Shown here piece by piece: positions 40,716 through 54,647 of a stretch of DNA of 64,000 bases. Source of the stretch: Cenococcum geophilum (lineage: Eukaryota); assembly GCA_050273025.1 (NCBI GenBank), contig CP158635.1:6572001-6636000 (forward strand). The letters are read 5' to 3'. A program made the position numbers and the translations under genes. Position 1 is the first letter of the stretch. Every line of letters starts with the position of its first letter. Under the pieces are notes generated by a model. The model did no database searches and had not been told where the DNA came from. It saw only the letters and a list, made by a program, of their open reading frames with translations.

Positions 40716-43700
40716 GATCCTATTTTTAGAGTTATAACTTAGGCTAATATTAAGAGAGATATCCTATATTTATTCTTAACATTCCCACCTTATTAATATA
40801 AAATTTAGAGTTAACCCGCACCCTAGTTACCCATAAAAACGCTAGAGACTTTAACACCTTAACTTTAATTCTTTATAGAGGACTAAGCGAGTTATAGGGC
40901 GGCTAACTTATCGCTGCCAAGTATATAAAGATAGAGGACTTTACTATAAGCAAGTTCTTAACTTTAATTTAATGTACATACAAACGATAATAAGATACTC
41001 TTAATATAAAAGCAACTAGATAGAAAAATAATGCCGAGCTAAAGAAATCCTAATTGGCGCCTTAATTCTTAACGCCAGAAAACAAGAATGTAATTGCGAA
41101 AATCTTTTCTTATAAGAAATTTCTTATTTCTTTAGCTTCTTGGAGGCTCTATCTATGGTGTAATCCACCTTTCTTTTACGTGTCCCTCTTCTTAATAGAT
41201 CTAAATGATTATCTAGCGCCTTTCCTAGTTGGTCTCTTTGCTTATATAGTTTACCCTTCCGAGCTATCTCTATTATAATATCTTTAAGCGGTTTATATAT
41301 CCTAGTATAATAACAAAGGTGATATAGGTTCTTAGTATAGTATAATATAAGTTTCTTATGCGGTATACCCGTGGGTAAAACCTAGGTAGGATACTAGCAT
41401 ACTACTATAATAGGACTATATGTAGATATAACTAATCTATATCTAGGGTTTTGGAGACGCTTTAAGTCCTTTATTATATAGCAAGTTGGTAACCATAATA
41501 AGAGATACTTTAATTGTCCGTCTAAAATTATAGCATCAGAAATTGTTAACACTTTAGTTAGGGGAGATATATCTCTAAGGAAGTTTGTATAATTAGCTAA
41601 ACTATTCTCTACTTAACTATTAGTATTACTAAAAAATATATAGGTGTTTTATAAATATACCTAGAGGTACTAGCAAACCTTTAATATGGTCCTCTTTTAG
41701 TTAAGGTAAGTCTATTTTAGCCTCGCCATAGCTCTCTATTAGCTTAGGTAAGACTATTTTAGTTTTACTACGGCCTTCTAGGCTCTTAAGGTAATTGGCG
41801 TATATTTCCATATCCTCTTATATATCACCCTCTGTATTATTGTTAATTTTATAAGAGTTAACCTTATTAGGTATTTAAGTAGGCATATAAGGTATCTATT
41901 TCTACATAGGGTTAGAAAGCTATAATTATTTCTTCTCCCTACTAGCAGATGCTATGTCTTTATTATTAATACGATTCTAGGATAATTTAAGGTTTTTAGC
42001 AAGTTAATAAACAAGTATATTATCTTCGGGGCGATAGCATATCGTGATGTTTTTATAAGTACTAATTAAGGACCTATAGGTTATATTAGTAACGTGTCTA
42101 AGCTTAGTTAAGGTAACATATATAATGTCTAGTATTCTTATAGGGATATTAAGGGATATATAGTCAAGAGGTCAAATTTAAAGGTAAGTCGAATTAATGG
42201 CATATAAAAACCAGGAGCACGACGTTTATATTCTATTTCTCTCCTAGGGCAGAGTTAGGACAGAAGGCAGAAGGGAAAGGCGGAGCATACTAGCCGCCCT
42301 TTTCCACTTTATATAGTGTCTGTGGTACAATATTTAGTGGCTATAATTACTCTTAGCTTACATATCGTTTGCGCCCGAGACTATAGGTGCCTAAAGTAAT
42401 CTACAAGTAAGGCATTGTTGGGGGTAGCCATTAGCTAAGCTGCTGCTAAACTTAAATGGCTGACGATCCCTAACGGACGCTATATGCCTTAGTAGGGTTT
42501 AGAAGCGTTTGCATAAAGTTATAAACTAGAATCGGAAGTTAATAATGACCCCTAATAACGCCTCTCTTAGCAGGAATAGTATTATATAATCTACTTCTAA
42601 CGCCTATCCTTTCTGGGGCAGGACACTGCCTAAGCAGTAGACTTATTCTAGCTAGTTAATCTTATATATTAACCCCCTATCTATAGTAAAGGAGCTATTA
42701 GTGCCTCTGGGGTAGTTTAATTACTATTCTAGCTAAGCCCTTTATAAGCGCTCCGCCTTATATGGGCGGTAATTAACTCCTATTAACCTGCCTTACGTTA
42801 GGGGAGATCTTTTACTTAAAGCGCTGAGCAGCCGGTACTTAGAGGTCTATAGGCTTATTCTATATCCTAACAACATTAACTACGATTTCTCCTTAAGTGG
42901 TATCCGTAACCCCAAGTACCTATAAGCGCAGCGTCCCTGAATTATTAGCTAGTAAGTAGGCGTTTATAGATAGAGAAACCGACTTCAGAGATAACGGCAA
43001 CGTAGAGGCGTTAGCTGGTTAGGAAAGTAACTTTAGTAATAAGGATTAAGAATGGGACGCAGAGATATTATATAACGGAGAAAATGGTTTTAGCACTAAA
43101 GATTAAGAAATAGGGGCAAATAGTAATAAAGAGATATCGAGCGACGAGGCTATATGGGCGACGGTTGGATACGGTGGCCTTAGCTTTATAGTCTTAAATC
43201 TGTAAGTATAGGATATAAATATAAAGAAGATTTCTAATAAAAGCTAGTAAAAGGGTTAAAACTTTAGCCACTTTTCGTTTAGCCTATCGCGAAACAAAAT
43301 AATATTTTACTATTTTTACTAGAGTCTTTACCCGCTTGACTTATAACGAGCTATAAAGCATTTGCAATAATCTATACTTTTACTTAAATGAATTTATTTA
43401 CTACCTTAAAAGCAATAATAGAAGGAAAATCTATGCTAACGACCTAGGATTTTTTAAATTTCTTATAGACCTAGGACGCATGCTACCTTAGCAACTATTA
43501 GTCGTATTTAAGACTACGGTACTTATAGATTTATATCTTAAGGATATAAACATGTTTTTTATAGTGTTTTCTTTTTGTTTAAATTATTTCTCTACTTATA
43601 GTATATAGCGGTTGTTTATCTATTCCGGTATAGTAGGGAGAGGTAGTTAGGTTACGCAAGAGGAGTTGGACTTATGGCTACGCTTATAGGGCTGTTTATA

Positions 43701-44617
43701 TAGGAACTTCTCCAAGTATATATAAGGGGTCTTTATATAGAAACTTCTTTAATATTTCTAGATCTGGGACTTATATATTTCTTTTTTTTATAGTTCTAGT
43801 ATTTTCCTAACATTTACTTCCTATTCACATGCTAGGCGTTAATAGAGGGCGCTAGGTTAGATTACCCTACTTATATAATTACTTCGTTTAGAGAATATAA
43901 GATCTTATATGACTTATATAATAGTTTAGCGATTTGCTATTATTCTATAACTAAGCCTAAAGCCCTTCCCGCCTTATGCCTTTACGTTCGCCTATACTTA
44001 TAACCCCCTCTCTACGCTCTTTTCTTCTAGCCTTGCTAAAATACCTAGTATAAATATACTTCTTTTATAATAAAGATAGAAAGGCTATATAGAAGTGGTC
44101 TTTTAAAACCTAATACTTAATTTCGTAAACTATATAAGCATAGCTAATCTTATAAGCTAGGTGATCGTACGGGTTGTATTAGCACATAGTTAAGGAAAAA
44201 GTGGAATGGTGTAATTGGTGGGCCGGTACGCAGGAATATAATACTATTTAACTTTGCTTAATATAGCTTAGAGGAGTGCAGAGCCTTAACCTAAGCCATA
44301 GGAACACGTTCTTTAACTAAGCCTCTATTATATAACTACTAACTACTTCTAGGCACTATGGCCGTATACCTTACCACTTACCCTTCTTAAAACTTTAGAA
44401 GTCATACTAGTCCTTAGTTAAGTAACTAATATTTAAAGCTTTAATTGACTAGCTAAATCCGTCGCAGATTAGACGGAGCTAATAATAACTTCTTAATGTA
44501 TATATAGAGGCTCTAGAGCCACGTTTAATAAAGCAGAGTTCTTATTTTTAATTGTTCTGTTTAACACTAAATCACTCCCTTAAACATTGCTTAAGATATA
44601 GTCGAAACTAGAGAAAC

Positions 44618-45620
44618 ATGCCATCTAAGAGTATTCCGTTCGGCTTAGCGCAGCTTATAAATAGTAAGAAATATAACGACTTAAAACTTATATACTAGGG
44701 GCTAGAGTTTAAAGTCTATAGAGCAATTATATATACCCAATCTCCTATACTTATAGCTGCCTATAATGGAGGCTTTTAGGTAAAAGCTAACTAAATATCT
44801 AGTAGAATTGACCCTAACTAACTAACTAACGGGTAGGAGGCGGCGACTAACATTATAAATATCAACGAGTTCAATTCCGGCACCGTTAAGAAAATAATCT
44901 AATTTATATATAAGAGGGATTATAAGAATGGCAAGGAGGAGCAAGGATCTAATATTAATGACGCCGATGCCTTATTGCCATCTAAGCTAGATAATAGCGG
45001 TGGCGATGATAAAGACACAACGATACGGCCGACGACGGCCTATATCACACTTCGTCACGTCTATATTAATATAATTACCGATTACTACAATATACTATAG
45101 CTAAAAGAGCTTATAAATATAAAAATCCAATATATTCTAGGAACTAGCTAGTCCATAGACGGGTTTCCTGATATTATTAAGGATATCTTTAGCCTAATAG
45201 GCAACTTAGCATTATATAATATAACCACCTTAATAGCGGCCGAGCATATTAAAGAGCTTATTAAACTTAAGGACTTCGTAAAGCTAGACGTTATAAGCGA
45301 TTTCGCTATTAGCATTATACAGACAGCGATTACCGCATCTAAGGATATAGAGGAAAATTTTATACTAAAACTTTAAGCTATTTAATCTCAGCTACAACAA
45401 ATAGAATTACTGCTTTAATCCGCTAAGGCAAGGTATACCGCCGCTAAGCGCAAAAGCGAAAACATTAATAACTGTCTTAATACCCTCTATATAACTAGGA
45501 CCTGTTATAATATTAGTTATAAACCCGAGTTTACATGTTATATTAAGGACAGTAGTTATTTATCCGACCCTAATTACCCTTATATACTTTGTTATAAAAG
45601 GTGCGAGTATTATATATAAG
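44618..45620 (+). pseudogene. BTB/POZ-domain protein pseudogene with Cys-rich C-terminus
   Basis: MPSKSIPFGLAQLINSKKYNDLKLIY*G*EFKVYRAIIYTQSPIL (from SDL.L.C.G.EFKVHRAIVC.QSP), a GT…CTAAC…AG intron at ~44779-44836, then EAATNIININEFNSGTVKKII*FIYKRDY and ITDYYNI. Confidence 0.85.
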
Positions 45621-45789
45621 TAAAGATACATAGCTTAGGAGATCGGCTTAGGTAGGAAGTTATTATATAATACTTCTCTTCCTTTCTCCGTTTGGGTTAA
45701 TCTAAGAAATTTAAATATATATCTTATCTATAGTCGGTCCGTTAGATATTATATAGCAACTATATTATCTATCTCCCATCAGCCTCCCC

Positions 45790-45895
45790 TTACCTTACCC
45801 TTTATCTTATCCTTTACCTCACCCTTACCCTTACCCTTACCCTTACCCTCACCCTTACCTTTACCCTTACCCTTACTTATTACCCCTTACCCCCC
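45790..45895. repeat. (CCCTTA/CCCTCA)n hexamer microsatellite
   Basis: Seen directly; CCCTTA is the expected RIP product of CCCTCA. Confidence 0.85.
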
Positions 45896-46130
45896 TAAAC
45901 AAATTACAAAATCTTAGTTATTATATCTATTTTACTAAATACTAAAATAGGATTAGATAATAATAGACTAAAATAAAATAAAAGTGGTAAAGAATAATAA
46001 GATAAGCGCGCAATAACTAGGAAAAGGTCCTATGTATAAGGAATATATAGTTCTAAATTTACTAGTTATGTGCCTTTTTATAGGTACTAGAGGGTTAGTA
46101 TAGGATTCTCGTATAGGCAAGGCGACTTAC

Positions 46131-49100
46131 CTAGCGGTGCCTCTTAATTAGATGCTATACGCCATGTATAAAGGCTGCGTGATTTTTAAAATACTTAAGT
46201 CCTTTAATCTACTTTAAGTAATAAGGATGCTTATAGTGGAACCCCTACCTAAACACTCCTTCTATAACGTGATTATTAAGATGCTTTTATAGTGTATCCT
46301 TCTTTATAAATAGTTAGGTCTGCCTTAGCGTTAAAAGTTAGTTATTACCGATATAGATAAGACAAATAAGATTAGTAAACGTTATAGGATATAATAGCTA
46401 TATTATCTTAACATCCTCTTCCTTAATCGGGACCGCGCTCTGCGTCTTATCTAGGTTTTCTTAAAAAGGCAAGTCTAAGCTAATTTATTCTTTTTACCAC
46501 TTTGCCTATTTATAGGTACTAGTATTAGCGTCACTTACACCTCTTTTTACGCCTATTATACTTTAGTCTACTTTAAACCTAAGTTAAAATCCAATAGCCT
46601 TGCTTAGGATCCCATTCTACCAACTCTCTTATTAATTATAATACTTTATAAGATTGCGGATAAACTTTATACAGAGTTTTATAGCGTGTCCTTCTTTAAG
46701 CTTATTTAGCGGCTAAGATAGTAGTTTAGCAATAGTAGCACGTTCGCGAAATTTATACTATATAGCTAAACGGGTAGGAATTTCCGTCCCAACGCTACCA
46801 CTAAGCTATCTTTTAATATCGTAATTATTAATGGCGTTATAAAAATTAAGAATAACCTAGTCCTCTTTTTATTTGCGTAGGACGTTTATAATACTATAAA
46901 GTTTATATCTGGCTTCGTTATAACGGTTATATAGTTTCGTTCCCTTCGCGGTATTAATAAGGTAATATCCCTAGCTCCTAATCTTTTACTTATATTGCTT
47001 TCGTTTTTCGCAAAGCTATAAAATATTAGGGTATTAATTAAGTTCTAGCTAGAATTTAAGCTTCTGCTTATTAGTTAGACCTATAGGGGCCCGCTTATTC
47101 CTTAAGATCCCTATCTATATAGTATATTAAATAAGGTTATCCTATAATAGAGTCCTAAAGTAAATTAACTGGAAATCGCGCTTAATTAAATTAGGTAAAT
47201 AAAACCGTTAGTAGGTATCGCCGTAATAACCTATTATCTAATTTCGCTCTTCTAGAGTAAGGGCGCCTAGAAAACTTAGTTAATATATGCACTTATATTA
47301 AATTAGATACTTACTATTTAATTTCCTTCCGGACGCTTATCGCAGCTAGTAAAGTTTAAGTAATTATTTAAACCTAGCCACTCGGCCTAACTATACGTAG
47401 TAATCGCGGCATTTCTGGTAAGGGAATGCTTTAGTGTTTAATACTCCCCTATAACTAGCCATTATCTCAATATCTTAAAAGATGGGTCGTTTCTCTATCT
47501 CCTTTTTAAACTTCACTTTAAGACTTTCTTTTTTCGCTAGGATTTTAAGTCTAAAAATCTCTTCTGGTAAAGTATAATGGCGTTAAAATGTATTATCCGC
47601 GATAGTAAGGCTTATAAGATAGAATAGGATATAAAAAGCTAGGATACTTTTAAGACGGAAAATAAACCTCTTACTATAGGTCTATTAGCACTATTCGCGC
47701 TATCTTTAATCGACGTCGCTATATACTATCTGCCTATGCCTTTAGAATTCTTAATATATATAAGACTTATAAGGGCGACAGTTATAGTTTAATTAAAGTT
47801 TTTTATATTGCGAACTTTTAGGATTGTAATATGTTTATATAAAAGCGCTTTATTAGAGCCTCTCGCGCTTAAACTTTTAATAAGAGCTTGGGGTCTTATT
47901 ACCGTAGCACTAAAAAGAAGAAGGATTACTCTTATCTATACTTAAAAATAACTATAGTAAGGCTTTATGTCCATTATCTAATAGGCATTAATAATTATAT
48001 ACAAGTCCTGCATATATATAGCATCCTTTTCTTTCTCTAACATGTCCAGCTTATATATTAGCGTTAAGTAGGTTAGGATCCACTATAACAAATTAGCTAG
48101 GATTTTTTTTTTAAAAATTAAAGATTACCTATATCTTATATATTAAGTTCTGCGCCATTATTTATACTATGGCCTACTATATTTATAAATTTGTATAGTA
48201 TTCGTCTCTAGTATACCTAGATTGTGCTTTCCTTCTTAATTCAAGAATTCTTCACGCGCTATTTAAGGTATATTTTAAATATGTCGGCCACGCACTAATA
48301 AAGGGCCTTGGTTAGGTTAGATTTAACTTTTAGGCAGAACCTAAATACAAATCGTTAGTATTATAAGGTAAATTTTGGTTTAAATACTATTGGTTATACA
48401 AGGTAATATCACGTAACTACGGTTCGTAGATAGTATAATGATTATTATTCTCTCTATCTTAATAAGGGAGGGCGAGGAGCTTAAGGCTCCTCGCCACGCT
48501 AGTGCCGCGGCGACACGTAACGGCAACTTGCCGCATATAACGGCAACTTACCTATATTCCCAACACTGGCAACTCTTCTTTTGTGGTTGCCATCTATATA
48601 TATATATATCGCTCGACTAGCATAACAAATATCAATCCTCCTTACTTACTATTGCCGTTGTAATATAAGTCTCACTATCCTAAAATTTACCTCTTAGCAC
48701 GTGGTGCTTTCTTACTTAGGAGTTATAGGTAGATATCTTATTTAGAGAGCCGTTAAGGCGCTAGTAGTAAGCAAGCTAATAACGATTTTTCATCCTAGGG
48801 ATAGAAAATCCTAATTAGCTAGGTTAAGTTAGGGTCTGTGAAATCTAACCAATTAGATAACTTTAACCGCCGGTTAAAGTTCCTAGATATCTTAAGACCT
48901 TATATAACTAAGAAATTTCTAGGGACTTCCTTTTAACCTAACCTTTAACTCATATATATAGAATATTTATATTAATAAACGTCTCTAGTGCCTTATTTGG
49001 GTTCGCCTTTATCATTACATCTACTAGGTTATCTTAGCTATTAATTTATTAAATCTTAAAGAGTTCTTAACGCTCGTAGAATTGCTAAAGTGCTATAATA

Positions 49101-52100
49101 TTAATTATAAGGCGCTTCTCCTTTATAGTACTAAGCTTAACTAAATACTTATAAAGGGAATATAAGTTAGTGCATATAATTATAGGGATAATAGGAAGTT
49201 TAAGTCAATCTATAATTATCTTTAGGGTAGTTCCAATTGCAATTGCTATATTAACTCCGCTAACTATTCCATATATCTCTAATACTAAAACACTTTAGGT
49301 AACGCGCTTGCTCTTAGTTAAGCTCTAATAGATAAGATTACTATAAATTATAAAGTTATTCTCTCTAGTAAATTTATTCGCGATAATAATCTTATATCCT
49401 AACTAGGAGCTAAAATCTTTATTATTTATAAATAATCTATTAATAAATATAAAGAGCTTAGTGGTAGGAAGATTAATAGGCATATAGAGTAGTCCCTAAT
49501 TAAGATAGTTTATTTGCTAAAAAAGATATTTATTTAGGGTAAGAACGTTATCCTTAGTTAGTTCCTAGTATTAGGTAGTAATAAAGAGATTAAATAAAGC
49601 CTTAGATTAACAGATAGAAGTAATATAAGCTTTATAAGCACGTTGCTCCATATATCCTTACTTTAGAGAATTAATATTAATAACGTTAATCTTCTTGCCT
49701 TAACCCTTCTGGCGTAAAGTAATAGAATCCTTATTTAGGGAGAGGATGCATTTATTAAAAAGTAATAGTGTTATTAAATTAAGCTTTTCCTTTAGCTTTA
49801 CTATAAGATTTGCCTTTACTAGCTTATCCTCTTTAAGAGCTAAGAATTGGTTGTCTCCTAAGATAATTATATTATTAGTTTATATACCAATAATTCTAAA
49901 TAGGGTTCCCGTGGTTATAATAAGGAAGTAGGGATTAAATATAGAAGTAGTTATTAAAAGCTTCTCTTTATAGTGCTTGCTATAAGTAGCCCACCAGTAA
50001 GTTCCTACCTCTATAATTCTATATAATGGCTTAAGCATAACTATAATTGTATCTTTAGGATACTAGTGGCGAATTTGCTCTAGAAGGTATACTAATATTA
50101 AGCGCTAAAGGTGCGTCTTTAATTAGGTGTAGGCCTAAGTAATATCTTATAAATAGACCGCTATTCTATTCTTTATTAAGGAGGGAGCTAATATAATAAT
50201 AACTCGTTAACTAGCTCGTTAAATTATAGAAAATTACGTAAGAATTATCTCCTTACTATTGTCGTTATAACCTTAAATAATAAGCCTTAATTTCTTAAAT
50301 AGGGCGTTAGTAGCCTTACCCTTAATCTTATTAACCATCCTTAACTTAAAGATACAAACTTTATTAAACTTAGTAGGGTTATACTTCTCGAATTTAAAAA
50401 CTCCTCTTATAATAAGACCGTTAATCTCCTGCTTATTAGATGCTTGGAAAGGAGCTCCTAGGGTTATAATACGACCTTCCTTTCAGAGCTATTTTGCGAG
50501 CTTAAAGTCAGCCTTCTCTTTAGCTATTATAAAGGCCATTAATAACTTAACTCTATTCTTAATAGCGGTAATAAATTATTCTTTAAAATTAATAAGATAT
50601 TAGTAATTTCATGATCCCTTTAGGTAACCTCTACCGCGTTATAGTTATGGCGCATCTACTATAATTATATTAGGATTGTAGTCGCCTTCTAAAGCATATT
50701 AATTATGGTTTTCCTTTAGGGCATCTTCTAGGGCATCCTATAAAGGCTCAGAATTATTATCTTTATAATAAGGCTTAATAATAGTTAAATAGAATTAAAT
50801 GGGTCCGTCTAGCATCTAAATAGTATAAGTTTAACTATTAATTATAATAATTTAGTGTAGGCCTAACCATCTTCCCTTTTTACGCTATATATATACTTTA
50901 GACTAGAGTAGCAGATCAATTATAGTTAAGGTATTTAGGCCATTTCTTATTCTTAGTGCGTTATTAACCTAGCGTATAGCGTAGAGACGTCGCACCTCCT
51001 TTATTGCCTTATAAATAGCCTTAGCTTATTATATAATGGAGGGAGATAGTAGAGAATTATTAGTTATTTAAGGGTAGGCGCTAAAGACTAGTAATATAGG
51101 TATAAATCTATCCGGGCTAGCGGAATTATTAATAGCTTTAACAGCTATTTATAAGGTAAGTTCTTCGCTAGCGTTCTTTAGTTCTAAAGAGATAATCTTA
51201 TATACGCGGCGTAATGGCGTATAATATTGTTTTACTTTTCTAATACTATTATATACCTTAACGGGGACTTCCTTAACCTTAATTGCCATTACCTTTATCT
51301 ATTATCGGAACTCTATAGATAAGAAGTTCTTTCCTACGTTATAGACGATTTAATTAGGGGGTCCTAAATAGATATTAATCTAGTATAACTAAAGGGTATC
51401 CTATACGTTTCTAGCTAATATATCTTTTAAAAAACGCGCGGCTTAAAAGGAGGTTAAGAAGTTAATAACTTAAAGTACTGGCTTGCCGCTAAGATATATA
51501 ACGTTAATAATAATATAGAAGTTAAAGTTATAGTTATCCTTAAGAGTAAACTTAAATCGGCCAGGGGACTTCTGGTTTATTTAGTAGTAATAGTAGTACT
51601 TTATAAGATGCTTAATTGCCTTAACCTTAACTTTATGGCCTACTTACTAAAGAACCCTAAGTAATTAATAAACGGATAGGTGGCTAAAATAATAGTATAG
51701 TTGGTGTACTTCCGACTTAGTTAAGTAGCTTTAAGTAATACTCTTTTCTAGTTAATAAAGGAGTAACTAGGGGTAACCCTACTTGTATATAACGGGCACC
51801 CAATTATCTCCCTAAATAAGTATATTTTTAAGGTTATTAAGCCTAACGCCTAACTTATTTATATCTTTAATGTAAAATAGAAACGGAGTGTTTATAGGAA
51901 TAATATAGAAAGTAATATATCCTAGGGGGGTTTAGACCCTAATTATACTAAGAGAGATTGTAGTACCTTTACTAAAGCAAATTATATATTAGCCTGCCGT
52001 TAATTAGTTAATCTAAATAGAGCTATTAAGCTACTAAAGAGCTTAAACTTAAGGTTCTCCTACTATAAATACTTCTGCGGCTTCTATATCCAGTATAATA

Positions 52101-54647
52101 CTATAAAAGACGTACGCCAAGTATCTATTGTTAAAGGAAAATGCGGAACTCTTCTTTAGCTTATTAAAGATATCTAATTTTATAATAGAATGGAGCGTAG
52201 ATTAATTATTAAGAATAGCGACGGTTTATATACCATCTACCTTACCATACTTAGTAAAGTATTAATTAGAAGAGTAGTCTTTAATTTCTATATCTATAAG
52301 GAGCTATTTAACCTTATTAATCTTACCCTTAAGATCTTTTACGCCTTTGTATTAAACTAGGAAGCTTTAAAAGTAGGCTGTAGTAACCTCGCGATTTCTA
52401 ATATTTCTTACACTTTAACGGAACTTGTTATATACCTCTTTTTGCTTATTAAGGGAGTGTCTTATTAACTAGCAATTTAGCTTCTTATAAACATAGCACT
52501 TCTTTTAGCAATTACTTTAAAATAAACCTCTATAAGGACCTCTATAATTACCTTATAGTTAATATTAATTATACCCTCTTCCGTATTCCCTACTACGGCT
52601 ACTATATATTTAATTAGTCTAGTTATAATTATATTAGTCGGGAATACTTAGTTAGGTAGGGTTTTTAGTATAAAACTATTAAGATTCTTATATTTATATT
52701 ATAGTACCTACGGTGGAGCGTAGCTTAGTATATACTCCTTTAAACGTATCTATAGGTTTATATAGCGCTAAGTTACACTTAGGAATACTATAGCATACTA
52801 AGATAACCTAATCCCTTAGGCTGTTCTTATTTTAGTAAGTTTTAGTAAGGCCATATTAGATTTTCTAAAGTTTATTAAAGAGTAGTTAAAGGCACTCTAA
52901 ATAAGTCTTTATTAGGTTAGAAGCAATAACTCTCTAAAATATAGTCTCTCGCCATTCGGACATATAGAGTTAGCGATTCTTATTAGTCTTAAAGTGGGCT
53001 TTAGTAAGCTAAAGCATTATATTAAAGCTATAGTTTTTACCTGTAATATAGTCGTAATAGAATATTACTGCCCGTCCCTTTAACATAATGGAGAAAGTAT
53101 AGTAGTACTAGTGGCATTAAATTCTAACCTTGTTGCAATAGTTATAGAAGACCTATAGTTTTACTCTAAGTATATCGTATAATTCTTCTCTAAACTTTTT
53201 CTCTTTATCCAAATATACCTTTATTAGATTCGTAACTTCTTATAGTAAAGGGTTACTGGTTAGCTAGAGTAAAGAAGCTAAAGGCGGTAGAGGTAAAGGA
53301 CGAGTACCTTTAGGTAGGAAAGTACCTTTAGGTAAGAGAGTAGTGTTCTAGGGGTTTCGTTCTAAATTAAAGTTGCCTTTTAAAGAATATAGGTTAGTTC
53401 TAGGTTTCCGTAGTTAACGTATAATCTTAGCTTCTGTTTATACTAGTTCTTCTATACTAGTAATAACGGCCTAAATATTACTAGTAATTAGGTTACCGTT
53501 TTTAGCAACATATACCCCGTTTCTATAAAGAAAGTCTTAAAAATCCCAAACAATATTAATATTGCTAAGTACCTAGGTATTAGCGGTCTATCCTATAAAA
53601 TCCTCCCTAAAATATTCCCATAGCTATATATTGGTATAGTGTCTACTTTAGTAGAATATAATATGGTATAGGAGAAAGCCATTAACTTATTTTGTAGTAT
53701 AAGTTATTATATTAAAGGTAAATTCATCCTAATTTTTATTAATAAGTTTCGCGTATAAAGCTACCCCTAGTAGTAAGGAGTCTTCCTAGTTGTTTAAAGT
53801 AGGCATAGCCATATTTTTAGAGGGAGGGAAGTATTATTAGCGTAGGGATTGTCGTTTAGTACGCGTTTATAATATATATTTGTTATTTAGTACGCGTTTG
53901 TGACGTATATTTGTAATTATAGGGCTTAGGACTAGTTCTAGCCTTAAATTATAAAGACTTGTAAAGCGTGTTGTTCTATATAATAGACGTAAGAATCTAT
54001 AATCTTAGAAAGGCTTAGGACCAGTTCTAGCCTTTAGATTCTTAGATTTGTAGAAGAGTTCTATTTAAGGTTTAGGACCAGTTCTAACCTTAAAAGACAG
54101 CTTCCTCTAGCACGAGTAGTACTAGTACAGTGGCTCGTCTCTTCTTAGTGGAATACCTAGCTACTCTGTGGTATAACAGTAAAGTTAACTACTAATTAGT
54201 ATTAGTTATATAAGGTAATATTATATAGCTACAGTTCGTAGATAGTATAATAATTATTATTCTCTCTATCTTAATAAGGGAGGGCGAGGAGCTTAAGGCT
54301 CCTCGCCACGCTAGTGCCGCGGTAACACGTAACAGCAACTTGCCGCATATAACGGCAACTTGCCTATATTCCTAATAAATACAAATAAACTTTTCCCAAT
54401 TCCGGAACTTATACTTAACAAGAGAAGTAGACTAGGGCTTCTGTTTTAACTTCGCCCTTTCTTAATCCTTATAATACGCAATCCTCTACCATAAATATTT
54501 CCCCTTAGAATTAGCGTCTTCCCTAGCTCTAGAGTTAGAGCTTAAATTTAAGTCTAAAGCTGGCTTAGAATAAAACGGCTTGCTTAGTTTAGAGTCTAAG
54601 CTAGAGGCTAAATCTATATTTCGCCATTTCTTACTTTAAGAGGGTAT
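46131..54647 (-). pseudogene. DUF3435-type tyrosine recombinase (Starship 'captain') pseudogene, RIP-inactivated, with Copia B in its first intron
   Basis: Acidic/Ser-rich N-terminus; KIYLK*RVKNS*IKKESTI*VY*RR; SATVIRPQALI (catalytic R region, ~47880-47910); Y*LR*ASGRKLN (~47320-47351); ALTLEERN*IIGYYGDTY*RFY (from MGH…Y); RDFQLIYF; RNKRAPIGLTNKQK; C-terminal C2H2-like CL.Y…KHL..H and YFKNHAAFIH. Confidence 0.82.
48388..54377 (-). mobile_element. Full-length RIP-degenerate Ty1/Copia LTR retrotransposon, copy B
   Basis: 178-bp direct LTRs 48388-48565 and 54200-54377; 5-bp TSD AATAC (48383-48387, 54378-54382); internal region collinear with 14088-19722. Confidence 0.92.

Noticed and set aside
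45790..45895. Interstitial telomere repeat
   Set aside because: The unit is CCCTTA/CCCTCA, not CCCTAA, and RIP cannot convert CCCTAA into these.
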